A stretch of 64,000 bases of DNA from a virus. The notes under the pieces are model-generated. The model was not told the DNA's origin and did no database searches. It saw nothing but the letters and a program-made list of their open reading frames with translations. Shown here in pieces: positions 47,690 to 57,343 of this stretch; the stretch's first letter is position 1; the number at the start of each line of letters is the position of its first letter. Position numbers and translations under genes: made by a program. Location of the stretch: the IMG/VR virus record IMGVR_UViG_3300018080_000158, positions 15,580 through 79,579 of that record, one strand, 5' to 3'.

Positions 47690-48876
47690 AAAGCTTTACA
47701 CCTTTCGAGCCTGCCATCCCACCTAATACTTGGAATGAGTAAATGCTTGTGCGATTCTATTCTTGACTTATGAATATTTAAATCGCAAAACATTGACCTG
47801 ATAGTGCCTGACAGATTGCCAAGAGGTTTGTATCCAAGCTTTAATAGCTTCTCTCTATCAGGATTGTAGTAATGCTCCTCTTCTTCCATACGAGGATTTT
47901 CAACATTTGCTACAGTTGCTTCAAACGGCACATAGGATGAGTTATTCGCTTCATCAGCAACCAAAGACGCTAACTCGTCAAGATAGTAAACTTCCTCAAA
48001 CTGATTGAGAACCCTATACTCCCCACACATCGGCGGATTCTCAATTGCTAATCGGAAACATTGCATTGAGTCACAAAGAGGTAAAAAACCACGAGCCTGT
48101 CTGCCTTTGCCGTAAGGAGTCAATGGCACTCCTACCAGGGCCTGAGCTACAAAACGATTGATAGCCGTGCCAAATGCCTCATCAAAATCAAACCTAGTGT
48201 GCAATTCTTTCTTGCCTTTCATATCTGGAATACTTACTCCGTATACTACACCTTGCATGATGTCAGTTGATCTAAGCCCCCACAACTTACAGGCTAATTG
48301 AATATTGACAGAGTCGTGAACCTTCGTGCAGTGATACCAAGACCCAGGCTGTCTAGGAAAAGGCAAATTGTCAACCCTTCCACGATAAGCAATTTCAAAG
48401 AACCCTTCTGGAATTGCTACATTTGGAGTTCCGTATTCTCCCATGGTGCCAAGCTTGAGTAAATGGCACATTGGAAAATACTCCTTCATTACATAGAGAA
48501 TATTGATTGTCCCTGTTAAGTTGTTAGTGTGAGTCCACGAACAGTGATCAGCACTTATCATACTATAAGGGGCTGACGGCATTTCTCCAAGGTGAACAAT
48601 GCAGTCTGGTTGAAAAGATCTAAGGAAATTTTTTACTGCCGAGTAATCTGTCAAGTCTCCTCTTACAAAATGTAAGGGCTTGCCATGGACGTGATAAAAT
48701 GCATCCATCCGATCAGTCATTTTTGCTATAGGAATTGCTGAGTGACTGCCCATCCTAGCAACCCAATCCCTACGTAAGTAATCATCCATACCTCCAACAT
48801 CGTGTCCATAACTTGATAGGTACTGTGCCAACGTCCAACCCAAATAACCATCAATTCCCATAATAGCCACACGCAT
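47686..48876 (-). CDS. sqdB: UDP-sulfoquinovose synthase
   Basis: GIDGYLGW, E.PSAPYSM, LKLGTMGEYGTPN, PGSWYH.TKVHDS, TDIMQGVVYG, RFDFD..FGTAINRF, YGKG.Q.RGF. Confidence 0.93.
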   Translation of the reverse strand: MRVAIMGIDGYLGWTLAQYLSSYGHDVGGMDDYLRRDWVARMGSHSAIPIAKMTDRMDAFYHVHGKPLHFVRGDLTDYSAVKNFLRSFQPDCIVHLGEMPSAPYSMISADHCSWTHTNNLTGTINILYVMKEYFPMCHLLKLGTMGEYGTPNVAIPEGFFEIAYRGRVDNLPFPRQPGSWYHCTKVHDSVNIQLACKLWGLRSTDIMQGVVYGVSIPDMKGKKELHTRFDFDEAFGTAINRFVAQALVGVPLTPYGKGRQARGFLPLCDSMQCFRLAIENPPMCGEYRVLNQFEEVYYLDELASLVADEANNSSYVPFEATVANVENPRMEEEEHYYNPDREKLLKLGYKPLGNLSGTIRSMFCDLNIHKSRIESHKHLLIPSIRWDGRLERCKAL

Positions 48877-48906
48877 ACCTCTGTCCTCCTTTTACCTTTT
48901 AATATT

Positions 48907-49554
48907 TTATGTGTTAGTAATACGTTTCAATTTTTGACATACAATAGGCCCTATCTTTTTGGGGTCTAGATGAGAATTTCCAGGCCCTAAAGAGTATCCC
49001 ATATCTAGAAGACTATCCTTGCCGATTATATCAGAAGTGTAGTCAAGAAAATCAATCTTCAATTCTTTGCAAAGTATTTTCATCATCTCATTGAAGTATA
49101 GCACCAAATGAGTTCTTTCAGCTTTGCTTGCATTTACATAAGACCTGGGCGCTCTTTCATTGTCAGTGTAGTCATTACTTGCATAATCCTCCACTGGCGG
49201 TAGATGCACCGAGCAAACTATAGGCCTTGAGTACCGTCTAATTGTCTGCAAAAATGAGCAGTAGTTATAAACAGATCTTTCCAGCGTCTCTTTTGGAGTT
49301 TGGCATTTTTTTCTAAATACCATTGCATTGCAATCTACTTCACCTATAACAAAAGCAGTGAACGAAGGAGACTTAGACTTTAATGCTGTAAGAAATACAT
49401 TATGAGCGTTTGATTCTGATTTAGTATTTATCAAGCCATAAGCTGTAGCTCCTGCTATTCTAACAATACAATTTACTAACGGACACCTTCTAAATATCCT
49501 TGCATGGCTATCGCCAAGCACCATAACTTTCTTATTACTGTTTTTGCCAGGCAT
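48907..49554 (-). CDS. SGNH/GDSL hydrolase-fold protein (O-acetyl transferase/esterase)
   Basis: LGDSH, GEVDC, C-terminal HL. Confidence 0.75.
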   Translation of the reverse strand: MPGKNSNKKVMVLGDSHARIFRRCPLVNCIVRIAGATAYGLINTKSESNAHNVFLTALKSKSPSFTAFVIGEVDCNAMVFRKKCQTPKETLERSVYNYCSFLQTIRRYSRPIVCSVHLPPVEDYASNDYTDNERAPRSYVNASKAERTHLVLYFNEMMKILCKELKIDFLDYTSDIIGKDSLLDMGYSLGPGNSHLDPKKIGPIVCQKLKRITNT

Positions 49555-50110
49555 GAAATATCCTCCAGTCCGGTGCCGACTCGGATACTAAGATTCTATG
49601 ATCCCAATCAGTGTTAGCAATTAACTTTTGCCAAAACCTAGACCTAAATTTTATAGCTCCATCTTCACTGCCATAGTTACCAATAGCATTGTCTTGCGGT
49701 TTAGCAAAATAATAAAACACTTCTTTGCTTATGTTGCGAATGCAATCCAATATAATCCTAACTTGATCAAAATCTGCTAGGTGAGCATTTGGAAAGATAA
49801 TTCCTATATCAAATTCTCCAAGATCAAACATTTCTTTGAATGGAAAGCACACAGACTTGTCTTGAAATATTTCGACCCTCAATGCTGGTTCTAGATACTT
49901 GTCCCTTACCAACTCCCAATAACTCCTTCTAGCCATAGATACTAGGTTTAAATCTGATTCAATTCCTACACACTTGTCAGCTCCTTGAAGACTTGCTTCT
50001 AAAATCCAATCACCGTTGCCGCAGCCGCAATGTATAATAGTCTTTCCTGCTACATTGCCAAAACACTTGCAGTAATCTAAAGAGAAGTCTATATTAGAAT
50101 TCCAATTCAT
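49535..50110 (-). CDS. SAM-dependent methyltransferase-like protein (divergent)
   Basis: GKTIIHCGCGNG...GA..CVGIE. Confidence 0.65.
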   Translation of the reverse strand: MNWNSNIDFSLDYCKCFGNVAGKTIIHCGCGNGDWILEASLQGADKCVGIESDLNLVSMARRSYWELVRDKYLEPALRVEIFQDKSVCFPFKEMFDLGEFDIGIIFPNAHLADFDQVRIILDCIRNISKEVFYYFAKPQDNAIGNYGSEDGAIKFRSRFWQKLIANTDWDHRILVSESAPDWRIFHAWQKQ

Positions 50111-50901
50111 ATAATAGATACCTCACTGCTTTTATCTACTAAGTCAAGTACAGGTCGAAGTTTTTTATCGCACTCTTCACTCACTCTTTCCAATGGAAAA
50201 TTCTTAATAGTCTCCAACTGCGGAGGGGAGTAAAACTTGGAAGGTATTAAATTGCGCATAATTGCTGCAACCTTCCCACTGCCATGTAGTCTATGTCTAT
50301 GATCTGTCCAAAACGCTCGCTTCCCGTTCATCCATGGAATTCCTACCTCGGCACAAAGCTTCTGAAAGTTTTTCTCTTTTGGATCTTTAAGTAGCGAGTT
50401 TAATGAAACTTGTATAAACGGAAAGTCCAATTTCAAAAAGTTTGAATAATACCGCTTAGAGTTGCGCACAAAGAGTTCTATATTTCCGTGACCCCTCCCC
50501 ATTCTCCTTTTCCAAAAAGAGTAAAAAGTTTCTTCAGGAGTTCTTTGAACTAATACTAACTTTACTATCTTTATTTCTTTCAAATTACCACAGTGCAAAT
50601 GATGTGACTTTATAGAATGCTCAACCCAAGGTAAAAATTTAGAAGAGTCAACAATAAAATCATAATAATTTAAAAAGTATTCATGTATAGAAGACTTTGG
50701 AACAGTAGTAAGCTTAGACCAGAAAGAACATTTACCACTCACACAACAAGAGCACTTCAATTGTCTTGGTGGCTTAGTGTAAAGAGAGTAGAGTTCACCG
50801 CACGAAAAGCCATTCTTATCATTGCCAAGCATAGCGTCCACCAAAGTTGTTCCGCTATGACTAAGCCCACATACAAGTATTATCCTTTTCTGCATAGCCA
50901 A
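50107..50901 (-). CDS. Sulfotransferase (P-loop, PAPS-dependent)
   Basis: GLSHSGTTL 5'-PSB-like loop, GE, DSSK, R.P....S 3'-PB-like motif. Confidence 0.75.
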   Translation of the reverse strand: MAMQKRIILVCGLSHSGTTLVDAMLGNDKNGFSCGELYSLYTKPPRQLKCSCCVSGKCSFWSKLTTVPKSSIHEYFLNYYDFIVDSSKFLPWVEHSIKSHHLHCGNLKEIKIVKLVLVQRTPEETFYSFWKRRMGRGHGNIELFVRNSKRYYSNFLKLDFPFIQVSLNSLLKDPKEKNFQKLCAEVGIPWMNGKRAFWTDHRHRLHGSGKVAAIMRNLIPSKFYSPPQLETIKNFPLERVSEECDKKLRPVLDLVDKSSEVSII

Positions 50902-51521
50902 ACTGCCTCATGCCTTACTCTCTTTTGCTTTACCAACTCAAGGCCAATTTTTTCAATCATCCTACGTGACGATTTCCTTGAGTAATAGTTGTTAAACAGC
51001 GCCCTCCTCTCCCCCTTAACAATATGATCAATTCGAGTCGATTTTTGTAGGTGAAACCAAGTTATCATAACCCATTTTTTGGATACCCTGTTCATCTCTC
51101 GAACAATCAGTCGAGGATTTGGAACATGCTCAAGTAGGTGACGGCAAGACACTACATCAAAAGAACTATCAGGAATAGGAAGCTCTTGACCACGGCAGTA
51201 GTAAAGACGAGGCCTGCCAATACGATCATTTTCAGCCAGTTTTGGGTATTTGTCTTTGACTTCATCCAAAAATTCTGGCGTTATATCCGCACCGTAGTAA
51301 ACTATTGGCAGCTTAAGACTTTTATAGAACGCATAGTCATAAGCTAAACCACATCCAACATCTAGCACTGTAGCAACATTTAAGTAATCCAAAATTGCCG
51401 CTTGCACCTTCCTAGACGATTTGTCTTTGATCCAACCCTCAAACTTCTTTTTCCAAGCAGTATTTGCTTTTACTCTTCTGCTCCAATACTTCTCATACTT
51501 TTCCCTTTTTACAGCACTCAT
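50880..51521 (-). CDS. Class I SAM-dependent methyltransferase
   Basis: VLDVGCG, G.DIT, LPIPDSSFDVV.CRHLLEH. Confidence 0.9.
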   Translation of the reverse strand: MSAVKREKYEKYWSRRVKANTAWKKKFEGWIKDKSSRKVQAAILDYLNVATVLDVGCGLAYDYAFYKSLKLPIVYYGADITPEFLDEVKDKYPKLAENDRIGRPRLYYCRGQELPIPDSSFDVVSCRHLLEHVPNPRLIVREMNRVSKKWVMITWFHLQKSTRIDHIVKGERRALFNNYYSRKSSRRMIEKIGLELVKQKRVRHEAVWLCRKG

Positions 51522-54219
51522 AGAAAAATTCCTTCCATAGTCTAACTATTATTTTCGGATTTCTGGTACTCCAAAACCTCTCTTTTTGAGTAAGAGAAAT
51601 TCCCCTTAAAACATCTTGGTTATCGTGAATATATTTTAGCCCGTCACAAACCAAATCGACATTACTAGCAGTTAAGTCTCGAAACGGTTTAATGTCCATA
51701 GGTATGAGAGGCTTGAATTCTTTGTACCCTGTATGATTGCTACACAATGTAGGTATGCCTACAGCTTTGCATTCTGACAACACAGCAGGGCCTCTTTCCA
51801 TTTTCGATATTCCCAAATAGCAGGACCACTTAGAGTAGATCTTGGGCATATCTAAATTTGCCAGAGTTCCAGAATGAATGACTATATTACTGCATTCCTT
51901 CAAGGACGTGAAGACATCATCTTTTGATCTATTAACACATAACTCGAATCTCCAATTAGGAAAGCGTTTTGCAATAGTAGGCAAATGCTTAATGTTCTTT
52001 ACTCTCCCAAAATCTTCGCAATACCCAACCATACCAACAGTAAATATGTCAGTCTGTTGTGGTGTTGCGTAGTAAAACTCCTCGGCTATTATAACGGGTA
52101 TTACAAATACCCTCTTTGGGGTCATGTTATAAATCTCAAACATGGCATTTCGGGCATAGAAAGAATCAGCTACAATGAATTTGCCTTTGAAGGTATCCCT
52201 GGCATATCTGGGCTTGCTTATAATCAACTTTGGACTGCCAGTAATACCAGGACCAAAGCTTGTTCGTGGCGCTTCTAGTCTAGCTCTGCCTAGCTTTGAG
52301 CATATTCCCCAATGAGTCCAATCAGGTTTCTTGTGAAGATCTTTCGGAGTAAAACGAGCATCAATGTTTACTCTACCAAAAAACTTTGGAAAGTAGCGAA
52401 TTTTATTCCTAGCCTGTATTCTAGGCCCTCTATTTGGCCTAGCATCTTGTACATCCCGTTTTACTATATTCAACTTGATATTGGTAGGGGGTACTTTTGC
52501 TACATTTGGTCTCTTCTTTATTTTTCTGAGCAGTCTAGGAATGCCAATTACTACACCCCACTTTTTCAGAAAGTAAGACTCACTTTTAGCAATCTCAGCT
52601 TTGTTCCACCTAGCTTTGAAATACTCCTTAGAATCTGATTGCACATCATGAAAGGCCCTCAATCTAGGGACCATTAAGATAGCCACATTCCATCCAGCCT
52701 CTCTCATTTGTAACGAAAAATCAAAATCACTCCACCCTTGCTTATATGTTTTATCGTATCGACAAGACTTAAACACTTTACTTCTAACAATCATGGTCGC
52801 AGATCCAAGAACCTCTGCATGGTCTAACGGGGGTTCTGGCTCACGTTCAAACAAAGCAGGATGTCCATGGTATTCTACTAAATGCCACGACACCGCCCTC
52901 CTGTTATACCAAATGGTAAGGGCTCCTATATCTTTGAATCTCTCAAGAGTAATGATTTCAGCTTCAATTCCACCACGAGGAAAAAATATGTCATCGTCTA
53001 ATGTCATAACATAAGGAGTTCCCCATTTAGTGGCAGCTTCATAAGATCCTTCAGCTTTTGGCCTGACTGGGCCTAAAGGTTGCTTGTAGTAATCAATTCT
53101 ATATCTAACTGCAACATTTTTGCATAGCCTATCCAAGTGAGACTTTTGATCGATTCCTACAGGACCTTGGATCTTCAGTATGAGATTAATCTTTACTTCA
53201 ATAGCAATTTCTATCCACTTAAGCAATTCAACAACTCTTTTAACTCTAAGGTACGATGGAATTACTATAGTCACCATAGGATCTTTTGAATCCAATATAC
53301 GATTTAGTATTTGCCGATCAAATCCTTGCCACAATTTAGGCAAACCTTGGCGAATACCTCCTTTAGGAATTACTTCAGTCTCTTTTGGATGTATCTTAAA
53401 CCAGTAATGTGCAGGCTTTTTACAAGGCCAAGCTTTCCATTCAGCCCTTCCTTTCTTTTTTGGCTTATCTTGTCTACTAACACTCAAAGACTTATCAATT
53501 GTACCATACACTTTTCTTTTGGCTGTATCAGAATCCCACTCGCTCTTAGTCCAGCGAATCATTTGATGCACTTTATCTCTATTCCCTCCGTGCGCTCTCC
53601 TGGGATGCCACAGATGGAAAATAGTAAATGGCAATGTTTTAAAAGGAACGCCATATGCTTTCAACTTAGACCAAAAAGCATTATCCTCACCGCCCCAAGA
53701 AGATCCAAAGTTTTCTGGGATACCTCCCACTTCATCAAAAACTTGCCTGGGTATTAAAGTTGCTCCTCCCGCAGAGCCAAGAAGCGAAGGAGTTTTTACT
53801 CTATCTCTCATTTGAGTATTTAAAACTCTTCGATTCACATACAACTCTGTCCCTGCTTTGCTCAAACACACCAGCCTATTCCACGGAACAACAGGGATAT
53901 GACACCTAGAAATACCACGTAACCATTTTTTACTTACAAGTAAATCACAATCCATTAACAATAGACGATCCCCAGATGCAACATTTTGAACGGCGGCATT
54001 GAAAGCCCAAGCCCGGTTAAAACCATTATCAGTTTGAACATAAGAGTAGATCCAAGACTTCTCAGCGATATCTAACTTTTTCGTGGGGCCACATTCAAAA
54101 ATACAAACTTCAAAAGGCTTGTCAAGTCCTCGCAAAGCCCTTAGTAATTGTTGAAGGCAGGCCTTAGCAATTGGAAGTCTTCCCCTTGAGTGCTGATAAG
54201 GAACAATAATCGATATCAT
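51493..54219 (-). CDS. Multidomain glycosyltransferase (GT2/GT7C + GT2 + GT4-like)
   Basis: ISIIVPY...FNRAWAFN...DCD...WGGED; IVIPSY...LDDD...WSDFD; C-terminal GT-B with E.GP...SE.KA.G. Confidence 0.85.
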   Translation of the reverse strand: MISIIVPYQHSRGRLPIAKACLQQLLRALRGLDKPFEVCIFECGPTKKLDIAEKSWIYSYVQTDNGFNRAWAFNAAVQNVASGDRLLLMDCDLLVSKKWLRGISRCHIPVVPWNRLVCLSKAGTELYVNRRVLNTQMRDRVKTPSLLGSAGGATLIPRQVFDEVGGIPENFGSSWGGEDNAFWSKLKAYGVPFKTLPFTIFHLWHPRRAHGGNRDKVHQMIRWTKSEWDSDTAKRKVYGTIDKSLSVSRQDKPKKKGRAEWKAWPCKKPAHYWFKIHPKETEVIPKGGIRQGLPKLWQGFDRQILNRILDSKDPMVTIVIPSYLRVKRVVELLKWIEIAIEVKINLILKIQGPVGIDQKSHLDRLCKNVAVRYRIDYYKQPLGPVRPKAEGSYEAATKWGTPYVMTLDDDIFFPRGGIEAEIITLERFKDIGALTIWYNRRAVSWHLVEYHGHPALFEREPEPPLDHAEVLGSATMIVRSKVFKSCRYDKTYKQGWSDFDFSLQMREAGWNVAILMVPRLRAFHDVQSDSKEYFKARWNKAEIAKSESYFLKKWGVVIGIPRLLRKIKKRPNVAKVPPTNIKLNIVKRDVQDARPNRGPRIQARNKIRYFPKFFGRVNIDARFTPKDLHKKPDWTHWGICSKLGRARLEAPRTSFGPGITGSPKLIISKPRYARDTFKGKFIVADSFYARNAMFEIYNMTPKRVFVIPVIIAEEFYYATPQQTDIFTVGMVGYCEDFGRVKNIKHLPTIAKRFPNWRFELCVNRSKDDVFTSLKECSNIVIHSGTLANLDMPKIYSKWSCYLGISKMERGPAVLSECKAVGIPTLCSNHTGYKEFKPLIPMDIKPFRDLTASNVDLVCDGLKYIHDNQDVLRGISLTQKERFWSTRNPKIIVRLWKEFFYECCKKGKV

Positions 54220-54983
54220 ACAAACCTTCTAGCCTCTCTGCGAATAGTAGAGTCCTCTACTACTTTACCGCCTTTTTGAAGTAAATTAAAAATTGTTCTA
54301 TTTGTCCATAGCGTACCGATGCCTACTCTTTTCATTTCTTCTACAACAAAAGGCATGGCTGTTGGAAATAAATGTTGCGAGTGCCTTTCACACAGCAAAG
54401 GCAACCTGTCTCCGTTCTCGTCTGTTACTTTACTGAATACAGTCAAAAAGGGAATACCTGACTTTTTACATCTAAGGGATAATCTACGATTGAATAAATG
54501 CACAGCCCTTTTACGTTTGGCATATGGCGTTGATCGAAGGAATTCTTCAGAGAGAGCTGTTTGCTGAGGAGGAGGGACGTTCCAAATATAAGTGGTTAAG
54601 CCCTTGCTAACTATATCTTTTAAAACTACTTCAAAGTACTTATCCACACATTCATTTACTACCTGTTTGATTGATCGATTTTGCTTAATTGCTTGTCCTA
54701 CAATATGGCACCGGCAGTCTATTTCTCCAAAAGATAAAAGTACTTCACAAGTTTTAGGGTCCAATGTTTTTAGAACTCTTAACAATTGCTCCCTGCATTT
54801 CATAGAGGAGCCAAGCCTATTAAGTGAGTAAGCAAGGCATCGTTTTAAATGGGCTCTTTTTAATCTAACAACAGTCTTGTCATCTCTTTTAAATACAAAA
54901 TGCTTCAAGTGATTAGAAAAAATCTCTCCGTGACAATCCCCAATAATCCATAGCCATTTAACACGATAAGGACGGGAGCACAT
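54216..54983 (-). CDS. SGNH-fold protein (paralog of 48907-49554; Ser replaced by Cys)
   Basis: IGDCH, FGEIDCRCH, C-terminal HL. Confidence 0.7.
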   Translation of the reverse strand: MCSRPYRVKWLWIIGDCHGEIFSNHLKHFVFKRDDKTVVRLKRAHLKRCLAYSLNRLGSSMKCREQLLRVLKTLDPKTCEVLLSFGEIDCRCHIVGQAIKQNRSIKQVVNECVDKYFEVVLKDIVSKGLTTYIWNVPPPQQTALSEEFLRSTPYAKRKRAVHLFNRRLSLRCKKSGIPFLTVFSKVTDENGDRLPLLCERHSQHLFPTAMPFVVEEMKRVGIGTLWTNRTIFNLLQKGGKVVEDSTIRREARRFV

Positions 54984-54986
54984 AAA

Positions 54987-56255
54987 TCACCAAACTTCAC
55001 TTTCCTCCATTATTGGACGATAGTGAGACATGTAAAGAGCGTCCATGTTATAGTGAGTCTTAGAAAAAGTTTTAGCTCTTACTACCTCATTTAGAAGCAT
55101 TCTTCCTTTGATTAGAAAAGCAATATCTTGATGATACCTGTTTTCATCCGAGACATTGTGCTGCCTCCGAAATGAGCCGAAGTCAAAATAAAGAGAGGTA
55201 TAGCCACTTACCTCTAACTGATTATCCAATGACTTGTTTAAAACTAAGAAGCAGCCTGACAAAGCGGCTTCTGGTACTACCAGCCCAAACGATTCTTCCC
55301 TTGTAGGAAAAATAAACAAATTACTCAATTGAAATAATTCCCTGATCATAGTTTTAGGAATTCCAACCTCATACTCTTTGCCAAAGTCTGAGGTAAAGAT
55401 TACTTCAGCCCCCTCGCCTCTTGTTTCAAGACCGTTGCGCTTTGCTATTTTCTTGTAGTTCTCAATGCTCTGCTTATGACCTCTTGTTGTTGCCCATTGG
55501 TTAGCAATTACTAGACAAACCTTATGGCCAAATTTCTTTAGCTTTGAGAAAATTAGTATTACTTCTCTAACTCTTTTGGCCTCTAATCTGTCAACCGAAG
55601 CTGGCAATATCTGCAAAATATCAGAACTCAAAATAGTAGGATACAAATCTATAAATCTGCATGTCTCATCACTATAATCCCACCAAGTACGCATGTCTTT
55701 TATATGAGGAATTACCCTAATATGATCTGGGGAGCCTTTGTATTGCTCAGCCACGAGCAAAGAATCGGACTGGTTAGGATACACAATCTTATGAAAGGGT
55801 CCATACTTCCTTATATTCCACCAATCGAAATTATGTGTCGGGATAGAGTGAATCCAATGAAGCCACCTGGGATCTCTCATATGAGACGACGCTGACTGCA
55901 TTGCCAATGCATACGGGAGATTCCAGCCAGTAAATATCCAATCGTGAGTAAAAATGATATCAAACCCTTGAAGCTTTGCAGTGAAAAAAGACTCAAGCCT
56001 ACCCACCAAAGCCTTGTGCTCCTCACTAATATCCTCCATACTGCGATAATCGACCAGATCACCATGCGGGACTTCAGGAGCAAACGAAGCAAGTGAATTG
56101 TCTGGAGCAGTACCAGAAAACCTTTCATCTGCGAACACGGTTACATCGTGACCGTGTTTTGATAGCATCCTAGCCTGATCAAGAACAATACCTGATAGCG
56201 AGTAACCTGGATTGAACTCTAAAAAATTGGTCAGTATGGCGACTTTGTTCTTCAT
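54987..56255 (-). CDS. Glycosyltransferase family 4
   Basis: LFIFPTREESFGLVVPEAA. Confidence 0.88.
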   Translation of the reverse strand: MKNKVAILTNFLEFNPGYSLSGIVLDQARMLSKHGHDVTVFADERFSGTAPDNSLASFAPEVPHGDLVDYRSMEDISEEHKALVGRLESFFTAKLQGFDIIFTHDWIFTGWNLPYALAMQSASSHMRDPRWLHWIHSIPTHNFDWWNIRKYGPFHKIVYPNQSDSLLVAEQYKGSPDHIRVIPHIKDMRTWWDYSDETCRFIDLYPTILSSDILQILPASVDRLEAKRVREVILIFSKLKKFGHKVCLVIANQWATTRGHKQSIENYKKIAKRNGLETRGEGAEVIFTSDFGKEYEVGIPKTMIRELFQLSNLFIFPTREESFGLVVPEAALSGCFLVLNKSLDNQLEVSGYTSLYFDFGSFRRQHNVSDENRYHQDIAFLIKGRMLLNEVVRAKTFSKTHYNMDALYMSHYRPIMEESEVW

Positions 56256-56283
56256 GAAACCCCCTTTTCCCTTTTAGTATTTT

Positions 56284-56311
56284 ACCTACTTTCAGACGTG
56301 TGAAAGTAGGT
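56284..56311. repeat. Dispersed palindrome copy 6 (ACCTACTTTCA-GACGTG-TGAAAGTAGGT)
   Basis: 11-bp perfect stem at the boundary between tail genes and the glycan cluster. Confidence 0.85.
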
Positions 56312-56314
56312 GTT

Positions 56315-56728
56315 TTAAATAACCATCAAATAGATAACTCCCTCATAGTAAAAATCTTCACTGGGTATGTTATCATAGGTAAAGGACGGCGAGAACTGCA
56401 CAGGACCTCCTTCTATTTCAGTCCTAAACCGAACTCTCTTAGTAGTTACATCCAAAGGATCATCTGGATTAGTAATAGTAAGGGTCATAGTAGAACCGGC
56501 AGTCTTTGCTAAGTCAGCCAGAGAACGGACAGTCGATCTCTTTTGATAACCGTGGCCATCTTGAGTAGCTAACGTTATTGGCCTACCGTGCTCAGACTTA
56601 GCAAATTCCTGTACTACTACTCCTCCTCCTGTTGTTGCCTCTACCGAAGAGTTAAGCCAAGAATGCAAGAATTCATCTGTCCAAACCATATCATTATCCA
56701 AAGTCACAGATCCAATTTGTGTACTCAT
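56315..56728 (-). CDS. Phage tail (distal tail-like) protein
   Basis: L..DM.W.DEF...GRPITL motif; likely start MSTQIG. Confidence 0.7.
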   Translation of the reverse strand: MSTQIGSVTLDNDMVWTDEFLHSWLNSSVEATTGGGVVVQEFAKSEHGRPITLATQDGHGYQKRSTVRSLADLAKTAGSTMTLTITNPDDPLDVTTKRVRFRTEIEGGPVQFSPSFTYDNIPSEDFYYEGVIYLMVI

Positions 56729-56732
56729 CTTA

Positions 56733-57008
56733 TTATACCCACACTTCAGTAATACGATCTGAGCTAAAAATTCCCTGAACCAAAACTGAGTAATGACCGC
56801 CGCCGCCACTATGCTTAGCAACACACACGCTTTGTCCTACTCTTAAACTGGCAGGTCCTGGCACATTTGAAACCATACTTCCATTTCGTAATTTCACATT
56901 ATACCTACCAGGTTCATTGCCAAGACTGGCAATATTAGCCGAGGAAACTTTAGGAGCAATGGCAATGACTCTTCTATCAGTTATCTTGTTTAATGTCAAG
57001 GAAATCAT
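56733..57008 (-). CDS. Small OB-fold-like tail/spike protein
   Basis: Tail module position; LRVGQSV. Confidence 0.5.
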   Translation of the reverse strand: MISLTLNKITDRRVIAIAPKVSSANIASLGNEPGRYNVKLRNGSMVSNVPGPASLRVGQSVCVAKHSGGGGHYSVLVQGIFSSDRITEVWV

Positions 57009-57009
57009 T

Positions 57010-57342
57010 TTAACTAGGCTCCAAGTATTGATCTGTACTCATACTAGCCCATACTGAAGACTTGGTAAGAGCAATAGAGTAAGATCTCACTTTCAAATTA
57101 ACTCTGTTCAAACCAAACATTGCTTGTGTCACTTGTACCCACTCAGAAGGAACAACATGATCTCCTTTATGAGGCACCCGCAATGTCCTTTGCTTTGTTC
57201 TATAGTAAGCTCCTTGATCAGGATCGTCTAAAAATCTCTTACCTCGACTTACTGCCATAGAGTCAGTCACAATCAAGTTATTGCTTATATCTTGCGCTTC
57301 TTTGTCAGCTTTGCCTCTTAGACATCTTACTATTACAGCCAT
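57010..57342 (-). CDS. Tail protein (hub C-terminal-like)
   Basis: Tail module position. Confidence 0.55.
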   Translation of the reverse strand: MAVIVRCLRGKADKEAQDISNNLIVTDSMAVSRGKRFLDDPDQGAYYRTKQRTLRVPHKGDHVVPSEWVQVTQAMFGLNRVNLKVRSYSIALTKSSVWASMSTDQYLEPS

Positions 57343-57343
57343 A

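Noticed and set aside
42736-56255. Glycosyltransferase cluster as a DNA hypermodification pathway
   Set aside because: No hydroxymethylase, TET/JBP, thymidylate-synthase-like or nucleotide kinase genes recognised in the window, and the location by tail genes favours protein or surface glycans; not fully excluded
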